The position numbers and the translations under genes were made by a program. The notes beneath the pieces are model-generated. The model was not told where the DNA came from, searched no databases, and saw nothing but the letters and a program-made list of their open reading frames with translations. From Chrysochromulina tobinii (Eukaryota), in contig JWZX01003213.1 of assembly GCA_001275005.1 (NCBI GenBank), forward strand, positions 1 through 42,320: DNA of 42,320 nucleotides. The letters run 5' to 3'. This document shows, in pieces, positions 22,111 through 32,041 of the stretch (position 1 is its first letter; each line of letters starts with the position of its first letter).

Positions 22111-25011
22111 CTAGTGCTGTGCTGCCGCCTTCTTGGCCGCCTTGATCGAGCGCACCTTGCAATCAGTGGCAATCAGTGGCAATCAGTGGCAATCAGTGGC
22201 AATCAGTGGCAATCAGTGGCAATCAGTGGCAATTTTCGCACGCACGAGGACGACGTTGCTATCACCGCATCGCGTGGAGACGCCCATGCCGCCCTCGATC
22301 ATGCGCACATTGTGCTTCGAGCCCACGAAGTCCGCAAAGATGGCTGTCTGTGAGTGCAATCCCCACTTGCCCTGGCCCCACGGTGTCTCGAGAATGCCCC
22401 CCTCTTTAAAGGACATGTCGCCCACGCCGCCCCACGCGTAAGGCGAGTTGTGGATGAGCTGCTCGGCAAGCTCGCCCTCGCCGCCGACCTCGCTGCCGCG
22501 CGTGCACGGGAGCTCCTCGACGTCGCCGCCGGACGCCTTCGTAGAGTCTGCGAGCGGCATCTGCCTGAGCTCCATGAACTTGTCGTCGAGGTAGGCGGCG
22601 AGCACGGCTCTCATGCGCGATTCGGCGTCGGCGTGGTAGTTGATCTGCACGGCCACGGGCTTCATGCCCGGGTTTGCGCGCAACGTCCGAAAGACGGTTT
22701 TAGAGTTGGCGAAGCATAGGTAGTTCATCACGCGGAGCACGGCGCCAACCGAGGCGTACTCGTGGTGCGAGGGCAGCCATAGCTCGTGCAAGAACGCGAG
22801 TCGCTCCGCCTCAATGACCTGCTGCGCGCTCGCGTCTGCGGCCAGCTTCGCGCGCGTCTGGCCGCCCGTGCTGTCGGCGCCAAGCAGCTGCACGACCATG
22901 CGCGCCATGAGCGTGACAGCTTCATTCGTGGGCGAGGCGTACAGAAATCCGGGCTCGTAGGCGACGATACGGGAGCCGTGACAGTAGCGTGTAAAGCCCA
23001 TCGACGGGTCGTCGAGCACATGGTTGTACCCGTACGCCGAGCCGTCATCCCAACCCGACGACATGGCCTCGACATCAGCGTCGCGGTAGAGAGCCTGGAA
23101 AGGGTTCGAGAGGAAGACGGTCGTGGGCGCCGCGACGAGCACGCCGAAACCCTGGCTCAAGAGCCGGCTGAGCAGCCTGTAGCGCGCCACGGCCACGTCG
23201 CGCGCGCCGCCGCTCGCCGCCTTGAGCTCCGCGCTCACATACGTCGCGCCGCCGCCGCCAGAGCTCGAAGCGAGTGGCGGTGCGTCCTCGCCGATCTTCT
23301 CGTGCGTCGCTTCGTCGCCCACGATGAGAAGCAAGTTGGCAATGCCCGAGCGCTTCGCAGACGTGAGGAGCAATCGCACCTCACCAGCGTGCTCCGTGTC
23401 GGGCACGACCACCACTAGCAGCTCGGGCGGCCCCGTCTTAGCGCCCGCTGGGCGCACGGCGACCGCGAGCGCGGCGCGGCACACGCCGTCGGTTGGCGCG
23501 CATGGAGCGAGCGGGCGCGTGTGCAGCGTGATCGAGAGGCCATGCTTTGACTTCTTTGGCGAACAGCCGCCCTCAGCCGGTGAGGACGCGACCGCGGCGT
23601 CGTGCGTATTCGCGCCTGAGACGAAGCCGTCGTTGATCATATGGAGAAAGTCCTTCTCGAGAACGGGTGCGGGCACGGTGAAGCCCTGCTCGCTTGGGTC
23701 TGGCCGGTTGAGCGCGTCGGTCTGGCCGAGGTGCCACCGGTCGTACACGGCAGCCATGCGCGGCGGCTTCGGCTGGTGGTAGTTGGCATGCACCACGACG
23801 GGCTTGTGCTCGGCGAAGCGCGGCTCCGTTCGAACGCGTCGGAAGATGGTCTTCGAGTTGGCGAAGCACCAATGGTTGAGCGCGCGCTTGGTGATGCCGC
23901 CCGCCAGGTGCGAGTCGCGTGCGGGGCGCGACATCTCCTCGCCGAACGCAGATTGATCCCACGTGTCCTCGGTCTCCATCCGGTACTTGAGGATGTCCAT
24001 CATCCGGAGGGATGCATGCGTCGCGCGAGCGTACCAGAGGCCCGAGTTCCACGCGGTGATGCGCATCGCCGGTCGGAAGCGGCCGGTAGCGCCCATGGAC
24101 GGGTCATCGAGCTTCTCCGTCCAGCCGTACGCCGAGCCGTCGTCCCAACCGTCCGTAGTGCCCTCGATGTCCGAGTCCTTATGCAGCGAAAGGAAGGGAT
24201 TCTGTATGTACACGACGTCGATGTCGCTCATGAGCACCGAGCATCCGATCGACAGGAACTCCTTGACGTACCCAAACTTTTGGGCCGAGATTTTGTGCGA
24301 GCCAGCCGCAGAGGTCGTGCGCTTCCAAAAGGCGACGCCTTTGCTCTCAAGCCATTGCGGCAGTTGATTGTCGATTGCGATGATCATGATGTTGGAGATC
24401 TTGGCTCGCCGGTTGGCCTCGACCCACTTCTCGAGCTGATTGATGATCCCCGAGTTGCACACGGCCACGAGGAGCTCGCGCTCGATGGCCGTCTTCTTCA
24501 CGACAGCGCAAAGGTCCTTTCGGTCGCCCACGTCGCAATTCTGCGGCCATTCGGTTGCCGACGGCGGCACGATGTAGTCGAGTGGCCGCGTCGGTCGCGC
24601 CACCTTGGGCGGCACGCAAGCGAGCTCAGTGCCCGCCGTCGGATACGGGTCCCGAAAGGTTGCCGCGGCGCTTTCCATGGACGCCAGCGAGGGCAAACTG
24701 CTGGCAGCTGCAGTGCCCGCAGGCTGGTCGGACTCCTTCTCGTCCACGGCGGCCTTGGCCTTCACTGGAACAGTGGCGCTCGTCTCGCCCTCCTCCTCCT
24801 CCTCCTCCACTGCCTCATCTTCATCCTCTGTTTCTTCTGCTCGCAGCGCATGCTTTGAGGCACGGTTGGTGCCTCCTGGCTTGTGCAGCGTTGGCGGCAC
24901 GATGCGAGACGTACTGTGCAACTGGGTGCTCATCGCAAACAGGTAGTGCGACAAGAGCATCAGCGCGCCGGTCAAGATGATGAGGCATGTGAGCGGTCGC
25001 ATGCGAGGCAT
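22111..25011 (-). CDS. Type II membrane glycosyltransferase with two tandem nucleotide-diphospho-sugar transferase (GT77, RRA arabinosyltransferase-like) domains; 2 exons (25011-22246, 22155-22111)
   Basis: N-terminal TM and acidic stem. Domain 1 has KF...FL..GxSVLMSDIDVVYIQNPF..LxxDSDIE..TDGWD, DDPSMG, NSG, WDQ, HANYH; domain 2 is similar but degenerate. A 90-nt intron at 22245-22156 gives the end NVVL|VRSIKAAKKAAAQH*. Confidence 0.88.
22159..22233. repeat. Tandem array (GCAATCAGTG)x7.5 filling most of the last intron of the GT77 gene
   Basis: Seven perfect 10-nt units plus GCAAT. Confidence 0.97.
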
Positions 25012-25214
25012 GACGCTGTCGGCACAGCGGCAGTGCACCGCGAAGGCCAGAAAACACAATGGAAAGCGTGAAAGCTGACTTTCTCACGTCCGTTCACAGC
25101 GACAACGCGAGAAAAATGAAGGGGGGGAAGTGCACGCACTTACACGTGAGTCATTCCATCATCTCTCCCTTGTTCCTCCTTATGACAAAATATGATTGAG
25201 ATCATCTTCAAGAA

Positions 25215-25258
25215 TCAAGTTTAATCAAGTCAAGTCTAGTCTAGTCTTGTCTAGTCTA
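25215..25258. repeat. Degenerate pentamer repeat (TCAAG/TCTAG)n
   Basis: tcaagtttaatcaagtcaagtctagtctagtcttgtctagtcta in the intergenic spacer. Confidence 0.7.
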
Positions 25259-25715
25259 TGCGATCTCTACTAGTACTCTGTCTAGATGGCAAAATGGCCA
25301 CTATCCGGTTAACCCGGATGGCGCTGGTCCGCTGGAGCCAGCTAGGAGCCAGCCGGATACGACGAACATGAACCTTAGCAGGAAGCTTGTCTTCAAACTT
25401 GACTCAATCCTCAATGACAGACCGGAGCGACTCTGTGAGCGCGCCGACACCGTCACCCTCAGCGGTCACAGCTCCCGGCTCCAGCTGTGTGGACGCGGCG
25501 CATCGCGCGTTCGGCGCCGCACTTAAGTCTTAACGCCGCACACCGCCACACCCGCGCCGTAACGTCAACCCTCAACCGAAAATCAACATAATTTCGCGAA
25601 CGTGCGCGGTCGGTCGACTCGCCCGTAGAGGGTGTACGCAGTCCGGACTAGCGACTACAGCATGCGGATTGCGGATCGCGTTACCAAGTACTGTGCCGCC
25701 CTGTGCCGTTTACCT

Positions 25716-26363
25716 TTACCTCACCAAACGATACACCTTCTCCAAGGCGTCCCGTGCGTCCAAAATTTGATCCCTCGCCGCGTCCAGGTTGGGCGTCGAT
25801 GGTCTCTCGCCGCGCTTGAAAGTCGTCTGTGCCGAGAAATCGCTCGAACCGGCGCGCGCCGCCGCGTCCGCGCCTGAGAGAGAGTTCTGAAATTTCTCGC
25901 TTTCGCCGAGGAAGGTCTCAAATTCGTCTTCAGCGACGCGCGCGACGAGCGCGGGTGTTTCGAGGACCTTATCGATGCCGCTCAGAGGGCTCTTGTCGGC
26001 GCCAATGGCTTCACGCACTAATCGCCCGGTCGCCTTGCACATGGTGACCATGGTTTCGCTCTTCGATGTCTGCGTCGCCGCCTTGAGCAAGGCCTCCTTG
26101 TTTGCAGTCTCGAGCAGCTCGCGTCGAATTTCGCCGTAGTTGCAATCTGTAGTCAGCTCAGCCCATCTTGCCACCACGTCATCCAGCACCGCGAGGCCAG
26201 CCTCAATCTTTTGCACGGAGATCATTCCGGGATCGGCTGCGCTGGCCGTCCTGGATATGCGTGTGACTGCTGTCGTCGCCAAGGCGGCGCACACGACGCG
26301 TCGGCTCACGCTAGGAGATGACGTGTGTAGAGCATGTAGAAGGATCATCATGAACATGAACAT
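25716..26363 (-). CDS. Probable thylakoid-lumen protein of unknown function (helical)
   Basis: Signal peptide MFMFMMILLHAL, then twin-arginine SRR, a hydrophobic stretch and an ASA cleavage-like motif, followed by a helical domain with two Cys. Confidence 0.6.
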   Translation of the reverse strand: MFMFMMILLHALHTSSPSVSRRVVCAALATTAVTRISRTASAADPGMISVQKIEAGLAVLDDVVARWAELTTDCNYGEIRRELLETANKEALLKAATQTSKSETMVTMCKATGRLVREAIGADKSPLSGIDKVLETPALVARVAEDEFETFLGESEKFQNSLSGADAAARAGSSDFSAQTTFKRGERPSTPNLDAARDQILDARDALEKVYRLVR

Positions 26364-26759
26364 GTTCCCCTGTGTAGTGTTCGCGGACCTTCGGGAGCGT
26401 GTCTGTCCTTCATGTGCCACACATGACCGGTATACGAAAACGCGGAAAACGTTTCGAATTCTTCACGGTTGCCCCCCCTGAAACATATTTACCGCTCAAA
26501 CGAAACCGGGCGCCTAGTGGGAGGCGCGGCATGCCGCGCGCGCGGATTTCTCAATTGTTTTCGTGCATTGATAATTTTGCACGTCGCCCCGCCGTCGCCC
26601 CCCGTGAGCCGTCAGCCGAGTAAGAGCCGTGTGAAGGTAACCGCCCCCCGTGTGAAGGTAACCGCATCCGTATGTACGCCGGTCCTGTGTCTTGGGTGTC
26701 GAATTACAACCATTGGCTGTGAAGCTGTCAACGCTCCTCTCCATAAGCGCAGCAAGCGG

Positions 26760-28370
26760 TCAAGCCTCCGCGGTGCCGCCAGCATCCTGGCGGGCCGCCA
26801 TCGCCGCCGCGAGCTTTGCTCGCGCTTCCTTGAGCGCCTCCTCCTTCATCTGAAGCTCCGCCTGCAGCTCCGCCACTCGCTCCTCGGCAGCCGCGGCCTT
26901 GTTGTAGCCCGCGGCCTTGGCGAGCTTCGCCTCCAGTCGCGCTCCGCTGCCGCCCGACCCGCGACCAGCCTTCCCGCCGCCCCCCCCGCCGCCGCCGCCG
27001 TTGCCGCCGCCGTGCCGACTCTCACCGAACACAAGCGAAGCGCAGCGACTACGGCCGCCGGCCGCGGCACGCGCCGTCCGGTTCATGAGCATGAGCCGCT
27101 CAGACAGCGGCGGCTGCAAGCACCCCTTTGGCGGTGGCACGAGGGCGGTGCCCTTGCCACACGGCAAATTGGCGACGCACGCTGGCCCGTAGAGTACCCC
27201 ATTGAGCAGCACGCCGCTCTGGTCGCGGCAGTGAAGCTCGACAGCGCCCGCGGCGGCCGCGCTCGCCACTATGCCGCTCAAGCCGTCGTGCCAAGCCTTG
27301 ATGCTGCTCCGCTCGCGCTTGGGGGTGCGCAGGCTCGCCGCGGGGAAGCATGCATCGATGAACCATGCGCTCTGGTAATTGAAGGTCTCGGCGGACATTT
27401 GCGAGCCGAAGAAGACGAGCGTCTCGACCGCATAGAGCGCGTAGTTGTTGGTGATGTTGGTCAGCAGCGGCCCAAAATCTTCGGCAAAGTGGAGTCGAAA
27501 CGAGCGCCTGAGCGGTTCGAAGAAGCTGGGCGGCTCCGTCGAGCCCACGTACACGTGGGCGTTCATCGGCAGCCAGAGGCGTAACGCCCTCTCGATCGCG
27601 TCCGGCCGGGTCGCCTCGTCGCGCTTCTTGCAGTCCGAGGGGTCGCACGCTGTCAGCTTGTCGGAACGGCGCACATGCACTGAGGCGTACGTGCCGCCCA
27701 TCTGCGCGCGGATCGCGCTCGCCGCCTGCTTGATGCTTGGCGCGAAGAAGAGCCCTGAGCGTAGGAGGATGTTCACGGGCTTCGGCGCGGTGGGCGGTGC
27801 GCCCACCAATTGGTTGAGAGCGCCCGCCAGCGTCGAGTAGTCCGTCTGCCGCCGCGTGCACTTTTGGAACCAGAACTCAGAGTCGACGCGCCGCCGCACG
27901 AGGGCCGGGCCTTCGGCGCCGCATGCATGCGCCTGCTTGACACGCTCCGAAGACCAGCCCTGGCCAACCAACGCAGCGCCCCGGCGGAGCGCTTCGCGCC
28001 GAGTGGAATTACCGCGCACCTCCACGGGCACGAGCAGATTGAGCCGCTCGACGTCGAAGAGCGTGTCCGCAGGGACGCAGTTGAGGCTCTCAGCCAAGGT
28101 GCGGCCTTCAACGGACTTCTTGGTCTGCTTCCAGCGCTGCTCGTGCAACGCGAAGAGGCATATCCGGCGCGGCAGCAGCAGCGTACGTTGCAGGTAGAAG
28201 GCCTCACCGAGCGCGCACGAGAGGGAGGCCATCTGGTGGTTGAGGCCCATGGTCATGTCCCCACGATACGGGAACCACTCGAGGTAGCCGCAGGTTGAAC
28301 GCCCGGCCGGTATACCGGCAGTCGCAAGCGACAGCATCGCGGCGACGACGACATTCGTGAACGTCCGCAT
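26760..28370 (-). CDS. O-fucosyltransferase-like (GT-B fold) glycosyltransferase, secretory
   Basis: Signal or anchor peptide, GLNHQ...SCALGEAFYLQRTLLLP..ICL, YASVHVRRSDK (HxRRxD donor-binding-type motif), VYVGSTEP..FFEPL. Gly linker and coiled-coil tail. Confidence 0.72.
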   Translation of the reverse strand: MRTFTNVVVAAMLSLATAGIPAGRSTCGYLEWFPYRGDMTMGLNHQMASLSCALGEAFYLQRTLLLPRRICLFALHEQRWKQTKKSVEGRTLAESLNCVPADTLFDVERLNLLVPVEVRGNSTRREALRRGAALVGQGWSSERVKQAHACGAEGPALVRRRVDSEFWFQKCTRRQTDYSTLAGALNQLVGAPPTAPKPVNILLRSGLFFAPSIKQAASAIRAQMGGTYASVHVRRSDKLTACDPSDCKKRDEATRPDAIERALRLWLPMNAHVYVGSTEPPSFFEPLRRSFRLHFAEDFGPLLTNITNNYALYAVETLVFFGSQMSAETFNYQSAWFIDACFPAASLRTPKRERSSIKAWHDGLSGIVASAAAAGAVELHCRDQSGVLLNGVLYGPACVANLPCGKGTALVPPPKGCLQPPLSERLMLMNRTARAAAGGRSRCASLVFGESRHGGGNGGGGGGGGGKAGRGSGGSGARLEAKLAKAAGYNKAAAAEERVAELQAELQMKEEALKEARAKLAAAMAARQDAGGTAEA

Positions 28371-28525
28371 GAATGAACACGACCTCAATCGTCCGCCGAG
28401 GGGCACAAGTTTCTAACTCTGACCCTACCAGGTAAGTACCGAAACTACACTTCTGATGTTTTTCATCGCAGCCAAGTTTCGTCTACATGGAGTTTCGTCC
28501 ATGAGTGACGCCACCCTCCGCGAAG

Positions 28526-30175
28526 ATGGACCCGTGCGCGCAGCCTGCGGCAAATCCTTCCTTCTTTCGCTGCTTTGCTTGCTTCCGTCTTTTGCTTGCT
28601 TGCTGCCACGCTAGCCCCCGCCAAGACGCCCCTTCACCGCCAACCGCCGCGCCGCTGCTCGGATGCATGCTGCTTATATATTTATTGGACGAGCCGATGG
28701 CGTATGCGTGCATGCAATGCCTCGCAGGCGTAGCCGTGCGCTTTTATCCCCATTACGCATCCCATGTGCTCGCTCCCTTATCATATCCCTCTCGAGAGCC
28801 GCTTCTCTTGATCACTTCTCTCACTCGCCTGCGCAGTCGATACGCCAACGAGTCGATACGACAACGAGGGCGGCGGCGGGACGACGAGGATGAGGAGGAC
28901 GACAGCGACGATGAGCGGCGCCGGCGCGAGCGGCACCGGCGCCAGCGAGATGCCGAGAGCGACGACGGTGGCAATGCGCCCAAGGGACTCTCGCGGCGCT
29001 ACCGCGAAGGCAACCAAGGCGCTCCTACCGGCCCGGCTGCCGATGACCGTGGGTCGTGCTGGGAATTTCAGCGCGGTCGCTGCACGCGAGGTGGCGCCTG
29101 TCGCTTCTCCCACACTCTCGATGGCCCCGGTGGCGGCGGCGGCGGCTATGGCAAGGGTGAGTACGTTCACAGTGGCGGCTATGGCAAGGGTGAGTACGTT
29201 CACAGCGGCGGCTTTGGCAAGGGCTATGGCGGCCGTGACGGCAGCTACGGTTACGACGGTGGCCACGGCTACGATGGTGGCTACTATAGGGGTGGCGGCG
29301 GCCATGGCAAGGGCTCCGACTTTAGTTACGGTGGCAAGGGCGGCGGGCACGGCTACGATGCGGGCTGGGGCTATGGTGGCAAGGGCTACGGCGGCTACAA
29401 CGGCGGCAAGGGCGGTGGCAAGGGCGGCGGCTGGGGTGGCGGCTGGGAGGGCGGCTGGGAGGGTGGCAGGGGTCCGCCGCTCGTGCCACATGACTACAAG
29501 CGCATGGAGGGCGACACGGCCCCGATCGAAGTGCGCCGCGTCGACGAGCTTCTTTCGCGGCGCGTAGGTGCGAAGCGCTCGGGTGACTTCCACACTGCCG
29601 ATGCGATCCGCAACGAGCTTCGAGTTTGGGGAGTCGCCGTCCTGGACCAGGAAAGAGAGTGGCATGTGATTGGGTCGGATGGATATGGTCGTCCCGACAG
29701 CGGCGCCAAGCCCTACGGCGGCTACGGCGGCGCGCACAACATGTCTGAGCGATTCGGAGAACGCGGGCACGACTACCGGCGGGCAGACGAGGGGGTGCTG
29801 GCGGTGGATGAGCCAAAGGTGACGTAACCTCGGCGCCGCCCGCCCGCCAGTTGGCCGGCCTGCCAGCCGGCCTTGTCACCGCTACCCTGTTACTCTGCTG
29901 CCCTGTCGCCCCTCGCGCTCTCTCCCCTGACAACGCCACCGGCGCCCGCGTCGCAGGTGAATGAGTTGCTCGCGGCCCGGCTGCATGCGCGCCTCAATCG
30001 CGACTTTGTGGCGGCCGACCGCATGCGCGAGCAGTTGCGCAATGAGCACGGCGTCGAGGTCGAAGACGCGAGTCGCGAATGGCGCGCGACGCGAGACGCG
30101 AGTGGCGCTCCGACGCGAGACGGCGGCGCCCAGACGGGCTTGGGCGAGCCGACGGCGGCCGGAGAAGGCGCATGA
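28526..30175 (+). CDS. CCCH zinc-finger, Gly/Tyr-rich protein with two CysRS C-terminal (anticodon-binding)-like repeats; predicted exons 28526-28533, 28837-29818, 29957-30175
   Basis: CWEFQRGRCTRGGACRFSH is C-x7-C-x5-C-x3-H, followed by GGYGKG repeats and two copies of HDYxR...VxELLxxRxxAxxxxDFxxADxxRxxL..GVxVxDxxREW. Intron AAG|GTGACG...CGCAG|GTG completes copy 2. The first exon is less certain. Confidence 0.75.
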
Positions 30176-30766
30176 GCTCATCGAGGGGAGGCGGCGCGGC
30201 GTGGCATCGCGTGGCGGTGCGAGACGGAGAGACGGACGGCCGAGTCATGTGGCGTCGCGTGGAGAGACCGTTTCTCTCTAGGTGGCGAGATTGAGAGACC
30301 GACGGCCGGTGCGTCGTCAACAGGGCCTCACCTCGCCTGTCGGCGCTGGCGTGGATCGGCGGCTCGCAAAAGACCGTCCGGTCCGCGTGAGCTGCGCCGT
30401 GCCGCCAGGTGCCCGGTGCCCCAGAAGAGCGGAGCCGCACGTGCGTCCACGTGAACGATCCTCCACTGTGGCGCGGCCTACCGGCCCTCTCCGGACCGCG
30501 CGTCGACGCGACCGCGCGCGACTCCCGACACCCGAGCACACAGTCGTCGCGCGCATTGACTAATGGAAAACTTTATACTAGTTGAGAAGTATCTAGTGTT
30601 CCTTCGACACCAGCACGACCGCACACACAGCACCCCTGCTGTCCGCATAAGCCGCACCGCGACCGCCGGACCCGCGGCGGCGCGGCAGACCCAGAGAGAC
30701 CGGTCGCCTCGCGTGATACGGCCCATGACACTATGCTTCACAGCGGGCATACACAGCATGCCAGCC

Positions 30767-31762
30767 TCACATGCGCGAGTAGACAAAGACGGCGTCGGCA
30801 TTGGCGACCCCCTCGAGCACTGGGCGCGAGATGCGCAGCGTGTCAGAAACATATGTGGTGCGCAGCCGTACGAAGCTACTGCGCTTCTTGATCAACTCGA
30901 GAGCGGCGCCGGAGGGGAACTTGAGAGCGTCTTCGAGCGCGGGCAGCACGCTCGCGATCGTCGACTGCTTCGCGGCGGTGGTCTGGATCTGCAGCTCCAC
31001 CTCGACGACGCCCGAACGGTCAGAAGGCGTGCGCGCGAGCGTGCGCACCTCGGCGGCGGTTGTCATCTGCGACTCCATCGTCGAAATCCCGAACAGGCGC
31101 CCGATGGTCAGCTGCACGACGGATTCGAGCGAGCCCACGTCTGTGCTGGGGCTGGGTAGCGGCGAATTGTTGCCATCGTTCGGCTCCGAGGCCGCTTGCA
31201 CTCCGTCACTGGTGAAGCCCTCATCGTCCTCCTCCTCGATCTTGCAGCCATCGACGTCGGAGCACAGCCCACTGATGCGCTGCACGACGTTGCCGATGTC
31301 GTAAAAAGGCAGCGTGTCTGTGACGCCGTAGATGGCTGATGCCAAGCTGTCACCAGCGGCCACCTCGGCGCCGGGAACGGCGACCGGGGTCGTCGCCCCT
31401 GCAGCGGCCTGCCGAAACGCCCAGAAGAAGGGACTGCTCCGATATGGCGTCTCGCCGAGTGCGAGCGCCAGCCGCCACTCGCCATTCAAGTCTAGAGCTG
31501 ATGCATCCGGTGCGAGAGATTCCAATCGGCGGATCAGCATCTGCAGCTGCGATTTGTCGAGCGCCGAGGCACGCAGGCCACGGTCTGTGAGTGCAGCTTG
31601 GCGCAGCAGCGCAGCTTCGGCGGCAGCACCATCGGTGCTAGCGGCGACGAGGACTGGCGTTCCGCTCCTGAAGCCAAGCCGCGCCGGTAGACGAGCACGA
31701 AAACCGGCGAAAACTGAATGCTCGACGGCCGCCACGACGAGGAGCGGAAGGAGCACCGCCAT
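30767..31762 (-). CDS. Plastid lipid-associated protein (PAP/fibrillin family)
   Basis: Signal peptide plus transit-like region, TDRG..A....LIxxLE, LNGEWRL and C-terminal TTYVSDTLRISR, all typical of fibrillins. Confidence 0.85.
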   Translation of the reverse strand: MAVLLPLLVVAAVEHSVFAGFRARLPARLGFRSGTPVLVAASTDGAAAEAALLRQAALTDRGLRASALDKSQLQMLIRRLESLAPDASALDLNGEWRLALALGETPYRSSPFFWAFRQAAAGATTPVAVPGAEVAAGDSLASAIYGVTDTLPFYDIGNVVQRISGLCSDVDGCKIEEEDDEGFTSDGVQAASEPNDGNNSPLPSPSTDVGSLESVVQLTIGRLFGISTMESQMTTAAEVRTLARTPSDRSGVVEVELQIQTTAAKQSTIASVLPALEDALKFPSGAALELIKKRSSFVRLRTTYVSDTLRISRPVLEGVANADAVFVYSRM

Positions 31763-32041
31763 GCGGGTGGTGCAAAGTTCAGGTTCACGTGAATTTGCCG
31801 GTGAAGAACTGTTAAGAACCGTTAACCATCGAAAACCGCTTCAATGTTCAGGTTGTGAACAGGAGCGTGGCCGAGACCGCTGACCCATGCGTGTGAGTGA
31901 TTTTGGAGTCGTTGAGCAACATCACGTGCACACCGGCCATGACACCGGCATGGTGCACAGACGCGTCGAGTGCAACGATGTACGGAGTAACAATGCAACC
32001 ATGGTAGAGCAGGGGATAGAATGCCAACATCTTTGATCTTA

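Noticed and set aside
22159..22233. Regular repeat array as a possible CRISPR or telomeric tract
   Set aside because: It has no spacers, a 10-nt unit, no cas genes, a eukaryotic context and no TTAGGG-like unit.
22213..22245. ORF-track C-terminus VRAKIATDCH* for GT77 gene A
   Set aside because: It runs into the repeat; a GTGCGT...AAG intron gives a more plausible end.
25280..25630. Possible structured ncRNA (small hairpin ATCCGG...CCGGAT)
   Set aside because: No tRNA, snRNA or snoRNA signature could be supported by eye.
29157..29202. Two GTGAGTACGTTCACAG segments resembling 16-nt mini-introns
   Set aside because: They are too short, removal would shift the frame, and they translate in frame as part of a duplicated GGYGKGEYVHS unit.
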